This document shows, piece after piece, positions 8,802 through 17,069 of a DNA stretch of 59,893 nt. Position 1 is the first letter of the stretch. The number at the start of each line of letters is the position of its first letter. The notes below the pieces were generated by a model. The model made no database searches and had not been told where the DNA came from. It saw only the letters and a list, made by a program, of their open reading frames with translations. The DNA comes from a virus (lineage: Duplodnaviria; Heunggongvirae; Uroviricota; Caudoviricetes). The position numbers were made by a program, and so were the translations under genes. The stretch is from positions 64,001-123,893 of the IMG/VR virus record IMGVR_UViG_3300011399_000001; one strand, written 5' to 3'.

Positions 8802-9877
8802 TGAGTTTTTTTCATAGTTTACTTTGTAGTTCTTCTGATAGACTTAGTCTTATTGGAGTTAATAATATGATTGCTGGAGGAGATTCATATACAGAAGGAT
8901 TATATGCAACAAGTACAGCAAATAGATATATCAATATATTCCAGACAACAAAAGGAATTTCTACATTAACTAATGTAGGACAAAATGGAGCAGGTGCTGT
9001 TGAACAAATAAATGCCATTAAAAATCTCAGTTATACTTCGTCTTCTACATTATTAACAGCAATGTTAGGACTTAATGAAATTAGAAGAGGAGGTTCAGGA
9101 GCTAAAACTTTAAAACAAATTGAGGCAGGATTTTTGTATTATATTAATAAGCATATAGGAACGAATAGAGTTGCTTCAGGGTCATCTTCTGTTACTAGAA
9201 CTGGTACATTTCTTAGTACTGATGCAACTGCAAATGGAGCTGTTTATGGAGCAGGTGCTTTTCCTGGCAATGTTTCATCTTATACAACAACTCAAAATTC
9301 TCAATGGGAATATTCATTTTCAGGAACAAAAATTGGATTTGTTACTTTTGGTGATGACGGTACATTTAATTATGGACGTATTGATATTTATATTGATAAT
9401 ATACTTCAGGAAACTATGGATTTGTCAAGTTGGGCATCTGGATTAGAAACTCCTGCAACTTTCTTTAATAGAGTGATTCCAGTTTCTAAAATGATTTTTG
9501 GATTAACAGATACATCACATACACTCAAGATAGTGGCTAAGGATGTGGGAAAAATTGTATTCGTAGATTATTTCTTCACTCCTGCTTCTCCTGTTAATAC
9601 TGGACCTATATTATTCGGAGAAATACCATATTTGACAACTGCTGGCTATGCTACTTTTTCACCAACTTATAATAGCGGCTCAGTTGCAGCAAGTGATTCT
9701 GCAAGTGCAATTATACAATCTCTTGTCGCAACGTATAAATTGCTCGGTTACAAAATAGCATACGTTCCTATAAATAATTTTCTTGATTTGACAACAAGTT
9801 TAGACCCTGATTTGGTTCACAGAAATGATATTGGTCATGCTCAAATGGCAACAGCATTCTTATCTAAAGTTACATAA
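8801..9877 (+). CDS. SGNH/GDSL-type hydrolase with inserted beta-sandwich domain
   Basis: Block I GGDSYTEG, block II GQNGAG, block III MLGLNE, block V DLVHRNDIGH. Confidence 0.75.
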   Translation: MSFFHSLLCSSSDRLSLIGVNNMIAGGDSYTEGLYATSTANRYINIFQTTKGISTLTNVGQNGAGAVEQINAIKNLSYTSSSTLLTAMLGLNEIRRGGSGAKTLKQIEAGFLYYINKHIGTNRVASGSSSVTRTGTFLSTDATANGAVYGAGAFPGNVSSYTTTQNSQWEYSFSGTKIGFVTFGDDGTFNYGRIDIYIDNILQETMDLSSWASGLETPATFFNRVIPVSKMIFGLTDTSHTLKIVAKDVGKIVFVDYFFTPASPVNTGPILFGEIPYLTTAGYATFSPTYNSGSVAASDSASAIIQSLVATYKLLGYKIAYVPINNFLDLTTSLDPDLVHRNDIGHAQMATAFLSKVT

Positions 9878-9896
9878 TATATTAAAAACCAACTAA

Positions 9897-10916
9897 ATGA
9901 GAGAATTAAAATTTTTATGCGTCCAACCAGATGACGATTATTATATCTGGCAGGTACATTTATGGCTAAATAGTCTAAAAACAATAGGACATATTGAAAA
10001 AGCCATTGTTTTAATATTCACTCCTGATTTCAGAGAATTAAATGTTAAATGGAAAGACCTAGAGATTTTATTCCCTGAAGCAGAGTTTACCTATTATAAA
10101 GACGAACATAAGCTTTCCAAATTATTAGGACTTTACATTCCTATTCTACGTCCTTATACTTTAATGAGATATTTTAAGGATAAGTCAAAAATGTCTGAAA
10201 AGGCTATTTTCTATTGTGATTGTGACATTCTGTTTACAGAGAAATTTGATATTTCTTCATTTATACAAGATGAAGTTTGCTATCTTTCTAACACTCTCTC
10301 ATATATAAATGCTACATATTTTGATAGCAAAATCAAGGATGTAAAACCTGAAATGTTGGAAGAATATAAAACAAAGGATATTTTACAAGAAGTTACAGAA
10401 ATGGTTGGTATTAACAGGGAGATGGCTGAAAAATGGAATTTACATTCTGGAGGAGCTCAATATTTGTTAAAAAACGTAGACTATAAGTTCTGGGACAAGG
10501 TGATAACTGATTGTATTAAAATCAGAACCTATCTACAAAGAATAAACAAACAATTCTTTGAAAACGAAAATAAAGGTTTTCAAAGTTGGTGTGCTGATAT
10601 GTGGGCTGTTTTATGGAATCTTTGGCTGTTAGACAAAGAGACCAAGGTGGTGAAGGAAATGGATTTTGCATGGGCTTCAGACCCTATTTCTAAGCTAGAA
10701 AATGTAGGAATATTACATAATGCAGGTATTACCTCTTCTTTACAGGGAGATATTCCTGTATTCTATAAAGGAACCTATCATCAAGGAAAGTCTCCCCTCT
10801 CTGACCCCTATTTAGAAGAGGTATTAAATAACGAAAAAAGTAAAACTCTCAGTAGTTGGTATTATGCTGATAAACTTTCAAAATTAAAAGATATACATAA
10901 TTTATATGGAAAATAA
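9897..10916 (+). CDS. GT-A-fold glycosyltransferase (DxD)
   Basis: FYCDCDILF DxD motif, GGAQYLLK, WCADMWAVLWN, ILHNAG. Confidence 0.65.
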   Translation: MRELKFLCVQPDDDYYIWQVHLWLNSLKTIGHIEKAIVLIFTPDFRELNVKWKDLEILFPEAEFTYYKDEHKLSKLLGLYIPILRPYTLMRYFKDKSKMSEKAIFYCDCDILFTEKFDISSFIQDEVCYLSNTLSYINATYFDSKIKDVKPEMLEEYKTKDILQEVTEMVGINREMAEKWNLHSGGAQYLLKNVDYKFWDKVITDCIKIRTYLQRINKQFFENENKGFQSWCADMWAVLWNLWLLDKETKVVKEMDFAWASDPISKLENVGILHNAGITSSLQGDIPVFYKGTYHQGKSPLSDPYLEEVLNNEKSKTLSSWYYADKLSKLKDIHNLYGK

Positions 10917-11757
10917 TAAAAAAGACCTAAAATCATTTATGCGAGTTGATGGTCAAGGTCGTGTAATAGCTGGTTCAAATATTCTTAGGAAAAATAAACC
11001 TAAGGTTGGTAATTGGATACAAATTCAAGCATATGCTTGTTGTGACCCAGATTTCCCACTTACTCCTGGGGGGGGAGCCACTCCTGATTTTGTAGAAGAA
11101 GTACTTGGTGTTGGAAATAGTCCATTTGTTTGTGATACTTTAGGAACGGCTGAAGATTTTGCCGTATTATCTGATCAAGCAATTAGTAATACAGGAAATA
11201 CCGTAATTACTGGTGATTTAGGACTTCACCCTGGAACAGCAGTAACAGGTTTCCCACCTGGACTAGTAGTAGGAGAACAACATATTACAGATGCTGTTGC
11301 ACAACAAGCACAAATAGATGCTACAGCAGCATTTACTTGTTTAAACGATTTAACTGTAACTGATAGTGTTGGTGCAGATATTGGAGGAGAAACATTAGTA
11401 GCAGGAGTATATTCTGTTGGAAGTTCTTTAGGTATAACCGGAGAATTAACATTGGATGGTGCTAGTAATCCAGATAGTGTATGGGTATTTAAAATTCCAT
11501 CAACGTTGATTACAGCCACAGATGCTCTTGTGACATTAATTAATGGAGCCAGTGCATGTAATGTATATTGGTTAGTAGGAAGTTCTGCTACATTAGGTAC
11601 AAATACAGAAATGGTTGGTAATATTATAGCTGTAACATCTATTACATTAACTACTGGAGCAACTCTAACAGGTAGAGCAATAGCTCTTGGAGGTGCTGTT
11701 ACTTTAGACAGTAATGAAATTACATCTTGTGAATGTACTGTTAACCCTTGTTCTTAA
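10906..11757 (+). CDS. DUF3494 ice-binding-like protein with N-terminal phage module
   Basis: FAVLSDQAISNTGNTVITGDLGLHPGTAVTGFPPG ... LTLDGASNPDSVWVFKIPSTL ... ACNVYWLVGSSATLGT ... GRAIALGGAVTLDSN closely follows the DUF3494 consensus. Confidence 0.9.
   Translation: MENNKKDLKSFMRVDGQGRVIAGSNILRKNKPKVGNWIQIQAYACCDPDFPLTPGGGATPDFVEEVLGVGNSPFVCDTLGTAEDFAVLSDQAISNTGNTVITGDLGLHPGTAVTGFPPGLVVGEQHITDAVAQQAQIDATAAFTCLNDLTVTDSVGADIGGETLVAGVYSVGSSLGITGELTLDGASNPDSVWVFKIPSTLITATDALVTLINGASACNVYWLVGSSATLGTNTEMVGNIIAVTSITLTTGATLTGRAIALGGAVTLDSNEITSCECTVNPCS
11068..11075 (+). repeat. G8 homopolymer in the linker of the ice-binding protein gene
   Basis: cctGGGGGGGGagcc, encoding PGGGA between the two domains. 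Confidence 0.9.
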
Positions 11758-11769
11758 ATAAAAAATATT

Positions 11770-11949
11770 ATGGCAAATAATCAAAAAATGAAAGCTTTTG
11801 TAAGATATGATGAAACAGGAAGAATTATTCCTGGAAGTCTCATATTAAGAAGAAATAAACCTACAGAAAAAGGGTGGGTGCAAGCACAAGCTTATGAGTG
11901 CTGTGATCCTTTTTTACAAACAACTTCCACTACTACTACAGCACCTTAA
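11770..11949 (+). CDS. 59-aa stand-alone module paralogous to the IBP N-terminus, with Thr-rich tail
   Basis: Read manually: MANNQKMKAFVRYDETGRIIPGSLILRRNKPTEKGWVQAQAYECCDPFLQTTSTTTTAP. Confidence 0.75.
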   Translation: MANNQKMKAFVRYDETGRIIPGSLILRRNKPTEKGWVQAQAYECCDPFLQTTSTTTTAP

Positions 11950-11969
11950 CTCGTATATAAAACCAACAT

Positions 11970-12623
11970 ATGAGAATAATAGTAGCTGTTGTAGTACACA
12001 ATAGGTTTAAAAATATTGAAGAATGGGTGAGATGCTGGAATCTTTGTGAAAAGGAAAACACAGAATTCATTGTTATTCATAATTTCAAAACTGAAGAGGA
12101 CAAGCAAACATATGAGGAATTATGTAAAAATAACAATATTACATATATTCCCCGTAAGAATATAGGGATGGATATTGGTGCTCTACAGGATGTCTGTAGA
12201 GGTCGTCTGGAAGGATTTCCCAATCAATGGGACTATCTTTTATGGTGTACAGATGATGTCATCCCAATGTCCAAGAAGTTTATTTCTTATTATATGAGAG
12301 AAATACAACGTCCTAATGTAGGGGTTGTATGTTTAGAAGTGTCTAAAGAAGTTAAACTACATATTAGAACAACAGGGTTTATAATGAGTCAGGAAACAGC
12401 AAGCAGAATATCATTTCCTGTAGAAACTATCACTACTAAAGACCATTGTTATGAATTTGAACATAGAAGCAGGAATGCTTTTTATGAACAAATTAAAAGG
12501 CAAGGAAAAACCGTTAAACAAGCACATTCCAATTTTAAACATGATGTTTTATGGGATATTCATATAAGACATGCATTAGATAGATGGGAAGAACATTATA
12601 AAGAATTTCCTCTTGCAAAATAA
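11970..12623 (+). CDS. RgpF-like/GT-A glycosyltransferase, paralogue 1
   Basis: RKNIGMDIG motif, WCTDDV acidic motif; aligns end to end with 13278..13922. Confidence 0.55.
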   Translation: MRIIVAVVVHNRFKNIEEWVRCWNLCEKENTEFIVIHNFKTEEDKQTYEELCKNNNITYIPRKNIGMDIGALQDVCRGRLEGFPNQWDYLLWCTDDVIPMSKKFISYYMREIQRPNVGVVCLEVSKEVKLHIRTTGFIMSQETASRISFPVETITTKDHCYEFEHRSRNAFYEQIKRQGKTVKQAHSNFKHDVLWDIHIRHALDRWEEHYKEFPLAK

Positions 12624-13269
12624 CATCACTATAATATCCCCTATTTATAATACATTTCCTGAAATTATAGGAAGTATGATAAATCAGACATATAGTAATT
12701 GGACTCTATTATTGATACATGATGGGCCTAATTCTACTAATTTACAGGCTTTAATTGATGTTATTAATGATCCTCGTATTAAATATATTGTCACTCCTGA
12801 GAGAAAGAATATTTGGGGTCATCCTATAAGGAAGTGGGCAATAGATAATATAGACGAATTAGCTCCAAATACAGAATATATTGTAATTACAAATCCTGAT
12901 AACCATCATACACCTCATTATCTTGAATATCTTTTAAAGGGATTTAAAAATCCTTCTATTGTAGCAAGTTATTGTTCTCAGTTTGTTCATGCATACGAAT
13001 CATGGCAAAAAACTACAATAGTAGAAAATATGACAAAATCAACAGATAAAATTGATTGGGAAGTATATAAATATGGTATAATAGATACAAGACTCAAACT
13101 TGGTTATCTAGATGCTGGTTGTGTTATGGTTAAGAAAAATGTAGCTAAAGAAATAGGATGGAATTCATTAAATCATGAAGCAGATTGGGATTTCTTTAAT
13201 ACAATAATAACTAAATATGGAGAAGATAAATGGCAAATAGTACGCGGTTGCTTATTTATACATAATTAG
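12613..13269 (+). CDS. Family 2 glycosyltransferase
   Basis: ITIISPIYN...SMINQTYSNWTLLLIHDG GT2 N-terminal signature; TTG start. Confidence 0.8.
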   Translation: MQNNITIISPIYNTFPEIIGSMINQTYSNWTLLLIHDGPNSTNLQALIDVINDPRIKYIVTPERKNIWGHPIRKWAIDNIDELAPNTEYIVITNPDNHHTPHYLEYLLKGFKNPSIVASYCSQFVHAYESWQKTTIVENMTKSTDKIDWEVYKYGIIDTRLKLGYLDAGCVMVKKNVAKEIGWNSLNHEADWDFFNTIITKYGEDKWQIVRGCLFIHN

Positions 13270-13277
13270 CCTGAAAA

Positions 13278-13922
13278 ATGAATATAATTATAGTTGTCTG
13301 TATATATGATAGGTATGAAAATCTTAGAAAATGGCTACATGCTTGGCAACAATGTGAACAATTAGAAGCCAAATTAATTTTTGTGAATAACATTCCTGAA
13401 GGAGCTACAGATGTGGTTTTTTGGAGGGAATTTTGTGAAAATAAGGGGGCTGAATATATAGAAAGAGAGAATATAGGCTTTGAAACAGGAGTTATACAGG
13501 ATGTTATAACAGGTAAAATAGAGAAAGAATGGGATATTTTATTCTTTTTTACTGATGATACTTTACCTATTACAAAAAATTTCCTACCTTTGTATATTGA
13601 AGAGCTTAAAAAGCCAGATGTGGGGGTGGTATGTATGGAGATTTCAGGGAGATATACTCCTCATGTACGTACTACAGGATGGTGTATAAAAAAAGAGGAG
13701 GCTGATAAATTAAAGTTTGTTAGTTCTTCTATAACAAAGAAAGAAGAATGTTATGATTTTGAACATACAGGAGGTGAAAATACCTTAATGTCTCAAATTC
13801 TTAATATGAACAAAATGGTGATACAACAGTCAAATATTGAAAATAGTGCAGTTTGGGACACACATAATAGTAAAATAAACAGATGGAAAGAATGGCATGA
13901 CACCTTTCCAGGATATAAATAA
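13278..13922 (+). CDS. RgpF-like/GT-A glycosyltransferase, paralogue 2
   Basis: RENIGFETG, FFTDDT, VGVVCME, HVRTTG, CYDFEH shared with paralogue 1. Confidence 0.55.
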   Translation: MNIIIVVCIYDRYENLRKWLHAWQQCEQLEAKLIFVNNIPEGATDVVFWREFCENKGAEYIERENIGFETGVIQDVITGKIEKEWDILFFFTDDTLPITKNFLPLYIEELKKPDVGVVCMEISGRYTPHVRTTGWCIKKEEADKLKFVSSSITKKEECYDFEHTGGENTLMSQILNMNKMVIQQSNIENSAVWDTHNSKINRWKEWHDTFPGYK

Positions 13923-13928
13923 ACCAAT

Positions 13929-15854
13929 ATGAAAATCGTATTATTCGGAGTTTCTGGAACATTAGGAAAAGAGCTCAAAAAACTAAATCCTGAATTAATT
14001 TGTCCTACACATTCTCATGTAGATATTACATTGGGGGGGAGGGTGATGGAATACATTAGAATGCATAAACCAGATGTGGTAATTAATGCTGCTGCTATTC
14101 TAAACAATTCTCCTTCTGAAAAAGCAATAGATGTTAATATTGTAGGGGCTGCTAATTTGGCAATGGCATGTATAAAGAATAAAGCAAGACTTGTATATAT
14201 TTCTTCAGATTATGTCTATAAAGGAGATAGGGGAAACTATTCAGAAGAGGATGAACTCCTCCCTTTTAATTTTTATGCATGGACTAAATTAGGAGGTGAA
14301 TGTTCTGCAAAAGGTGTTGAAAATCACCTTATTATTCGTACTTCCTTTGGTGCATCAGAATTCCCCTACCCACAAGCTTTTAGTGATAAATTCTCCTCTA
14401 AAGATTATGTAGATGTGATAGCTCCTTTAATATTAGAAGCAGCTTTAAGTGATTTAACAGGTGTTTTAAATATAGGGACAGATAAAAAGACATTGTACGA
14501 ATATGCTAAAAAACGTACTCCAAATGTATTCTCTATAGAAATATCACAGAGTCCCTTCTCCTCCCCTTTAGATACTTCTCTTAATTTACAGAAATGGACA
14601 GATTATAAGACAAATTCCTCTGTAAAACTTCATAATAAATGCCGTTGTTGTAATTCCTATCGCTTCACTAAGTATTTAGACTTAGGGGCGCTTCCGCTTG
14701 TTAACAATTTAGCTAATACAAAAGAAGAGGCCCTCTCCAAAGATAGATTCCCTCTTCAAATCATGTTTTGTGAGGAATGTGGACTTTCACAGCTATCGGT
14801 GGTTGTATCTCCTGAAAAACTCTTCTCTTATTATACATACAGAAGTGGTATAAATGGAGGGTATGTGAAACATTGTAGGAAAATGGCTAAAACGCTAAAA
14901 GATAAATACAATTTAAGTGAAAAGTCGTTTATAATAGATATAGCAGGAAATGATGGAAGTCTTTTAAAACAGTTTAAAGAGGAGATAGGATGTGATGTTC
15001 TAAATATTGATCCTGCAACAAATCTTGCAGAAATAGCGAGAAGTAATGGAATACCTACTTGGCCTGTTTTTTGGGAATATGAAGTTGCTCAAACGTTACG
15101 CTTGAAAGGAGATTATGCAGACATGATTGTAGGCACAAATGTATTCGCCCACGTAGATGATATAAAGGAGTTTTTAGAAGGGGTTAAAATAGTCTTAAAA
15201 CATAAGGGGGTGCTGGTGCTTGAATTTCCCTATTTAATTGACTTTATAGAGAACTTAGAATTTGACACCACTTACCATGAACATCTTAGTTATATGAGCC
15301 TACAACCTCTATATAAGCTCTGTAGCACTCTTAATTTAGACATCATTGATGTAGAGAAGCAGGACATTCATGGAGGTACTGTGAGGGTTATAATAGGCCA
15401 TAAAGGGGTTCTCCCAATAACCCCTAATGTACATCATTTTCTACAGGAGGAAAAGAATGCTGGTTTTGGTGAAATAGAGAGGTATAAGGATTGGGAGCTC
15501 TCTGTTAATAGTTTAATTCATGAGCTAACTTTTTCTCTTCGTCATATAAAGGCCAAAAATCACAAAGTTGCAGCATTTGCAGCTTCAGCTAAAGGAAATA
15601 CTCTTCTAAATTCAGCTAAAATAACCTTTGATACAATTGATTATATTGTAGATCAGACACCTGAGAAAGTGGGGAAATTTAGTCCTGGAACAGGAATCCC
15701 TATTGTTGATATAGACGAATTAATTAAAAATCCTCCAGACTATCTCATTATTTTAGCTTGGAATTTTAAAAACGAGATAATGGAAAAATGTAGAAAATTG
15801 GGCTACAAAGGGAAATTTATAATTCCCATCCCTAAATTTGAAATTATAAATTAA
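13929..15854 (+). CDS. Fusion of RmlD-like NDP-4-keto-sugar reductase and NDP-hexose C-methyltransferase
   Basis: N-half GVSGTLG, YISSDYVY, YAWTK (YxxxK). C-half CRCC/CEEC Zn site, DIAGNDG, NVFAHV, YHEHLSY, HGGTVR, ASAKGNTLL, KVGKFSPGTGIPI. Confidence 0.9.
   Translation: MKIVLFGVSGTLGKELKKLNPELICPTHSHVDITLGGRVMEYIRMHKPDVVINAAAILNNSPSEKAIDVNIVGAANLAMACIKNKARLVYISSDYVYKGDRGNYSEEDELLPFNFYAWTKLGGECSAKGVENHLIIRTSFGASEFPYPQAFSDKFSSKDYVDVIAPLILEAALSDLTGVLNIGTDKKTLYEYAKKRTPNVFSIEISQSPFSSPLDTSLNLQKWTDYKTNSSVKLHNKCRCCNSYRFTKYLDLGALPLVNNLANTKEEALSKDRFPLQIMFCEECGLSQLSVVVSPEKLFSYYTYRSGINGGYVKHCRKMAKTLKDKYNLSEKSFIIDIAGNDGSLLKQFKEEIGCDVLNIDPATNLAEIARSNGIPTWPVFWEYEVAQTLRLKGDYADMIVGTNVFAHVDDIKEFLEGVKIVLKHKGVLVLEFPYLIDFIENLEFDTTYHEHLSYMSLQPLYKLCSTLNLDIIDVEKQDIHGGTVRVIIGHKGVLPITPNVHHFLQEEKNAGFGEIERYKDWELSVNSLIHELTFSLRHIKAKNHKVAAFAASAKGNTLLNSAKITFDTIDYIVDQTPEKVGKFSPGTGIPIVDIDELIKNPPDYLIILAWNFKNEIMEKCRKLGYKGKFIIPIPKFEIIN
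14033..14039 (+). repeat. G7 homopolymer near the 5' end of the RmlD-methyltransferase gene
   Basis: ttGGGGGGGagggtg. Confidence 0.85.
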
Positions 15855-15861
15855 ATATATT

Positions 15862-16257
15862 ATGGCTGAATTATTATTCTCAACAGAAACAACTTTTTCA
15901 TTAGAAACAGTGGCTGGTAAATTGACATATTTTCATGAACAATTACATTTATTACATTGGCAGACAACAAGTTATGCTGAACATCAAGCTCTTGGAAGTT
16001 TGTATGAATATGTTCATGGTTTTAAAGATGGGGTGGTTGAAAAACTTATGGGATATTTAGGAAGGCGTCCAAAAGCATTTAAAATACCTCTGATAGTAGA
16101 TAATATCACTCCTATAATGGTGGTGGATAATTTGTGTGATTTTGCATATGATTTATATCTTTGGGCAGGAAAAAATGACTATTGTGATGTAGAGAATTTA
16201 GCTCAAGAGTTGAGCGGAGAGGGTGCAAAAACTAAATATTTGTTAACTTTGTCATAA
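15862..16257 (+). CDS. Ferritin/Dps-like four-helix protein (DUF5856-like)
   Basis: QLHLLHWQTTSYAEHQALGSLYE...D..VE motif. Confidence 0.7.
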   Translation: MAELLFSTETTFSLETVAGKLTYFHEQLHLLHWQTTSYAEHQALGSLYEYVHGFKDGVVEKLMGYLGRRPKAFKIPLIVDNITPIMVVDNLCDFAYDLYLWAGKNDYCDVENLAQELSGEGAKTKYLLTLS

Positions 16258-16286
16258 ATGTCTAATAAAATTAGTATATTTATATT

Positions 16287-17069
16287 ATGATTTGTATTTA
16301 TAAAATTACTTCTCCTACTAACAAAATTTATATTGGTCAAAGTTGGGATTGGGTAAAAAGAAAAAGTGTTTATAAAAGAAGTGCTTGTCCTAATCAATTG
16401 TATTTATATAATTCTCTTAAAAAATATGGATGGGAAGCTCACAAAATAGAAATATTATTAATTTTTACAAATAAAATATCTCAAGAATCTCTTGATTTTT
16501 ATGAAACTTATTGGTGGAAATTTTATAAAAAATTAGGATTTAAAATGTTAAATATTAAAAAACCTGGAAGTAATGGTAAATTATCTGAAGAAACTAAAAA
16601 GAAGTTAAGTAAAGCGTTAAAAGGAAGAAAGTTGTCTCAGGAATGGAAAGATAATATAGGAAAAGGATTAAAGGGTAGAACTGTTTCAGAAGAAACTAGA
16701 ATAAAGATAGGATTAGGTAATAAAGGTAAAATTATATCAGAAGTATCTAGAGAAAAAATTAGGAATAAATTAACTGGTAAAAAACTTTCAAAAGATATAA
16801 TTGAAAAAATAAGAATATCTCATATTGGTAAGAAATGTTCTGAAAATACAAAATTAAAAATATCGAAAGCTAATACTGGTGTTAAAAATGGTATGTTCGG
16901 TAGAACTGGACTTTTAAATAAAGGTTCTAAAAAAGTAATAGATATTGCTACTGGTACTATTTTTCATTCTATTTCAGAAGCAGAAAAAACTTTAAACATT
17001 AATAAAGGAGTATTAGTTAATAAACTGAACGGTAGAACTAAAAATAACACTTCTTTGCAATATGTGTAA
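16287..17069 (+). mobile_element. GIY-YIG homing endonuclease with NUMOD3 repeats
   Basis: CIYKITSPTNKIYIGQS; repeated SEETKKKLSKALKG motifs. Confidence 0.9.

Noticed and set aside
2290-9877. Diversity-generating retroelement acting on tail fibres
   Set aside because: No reverse transcriptase in the window, and no pair of near-identical nucleotide repeats differing at adenines was noticed.
16244-16282. Promoter for the 16287 GIY-YIG gene
   Set aside because: TAACTTTG lacks a -33 partner, and TATATTTA mismatches the consensus with wrong spacing; too weak to call.
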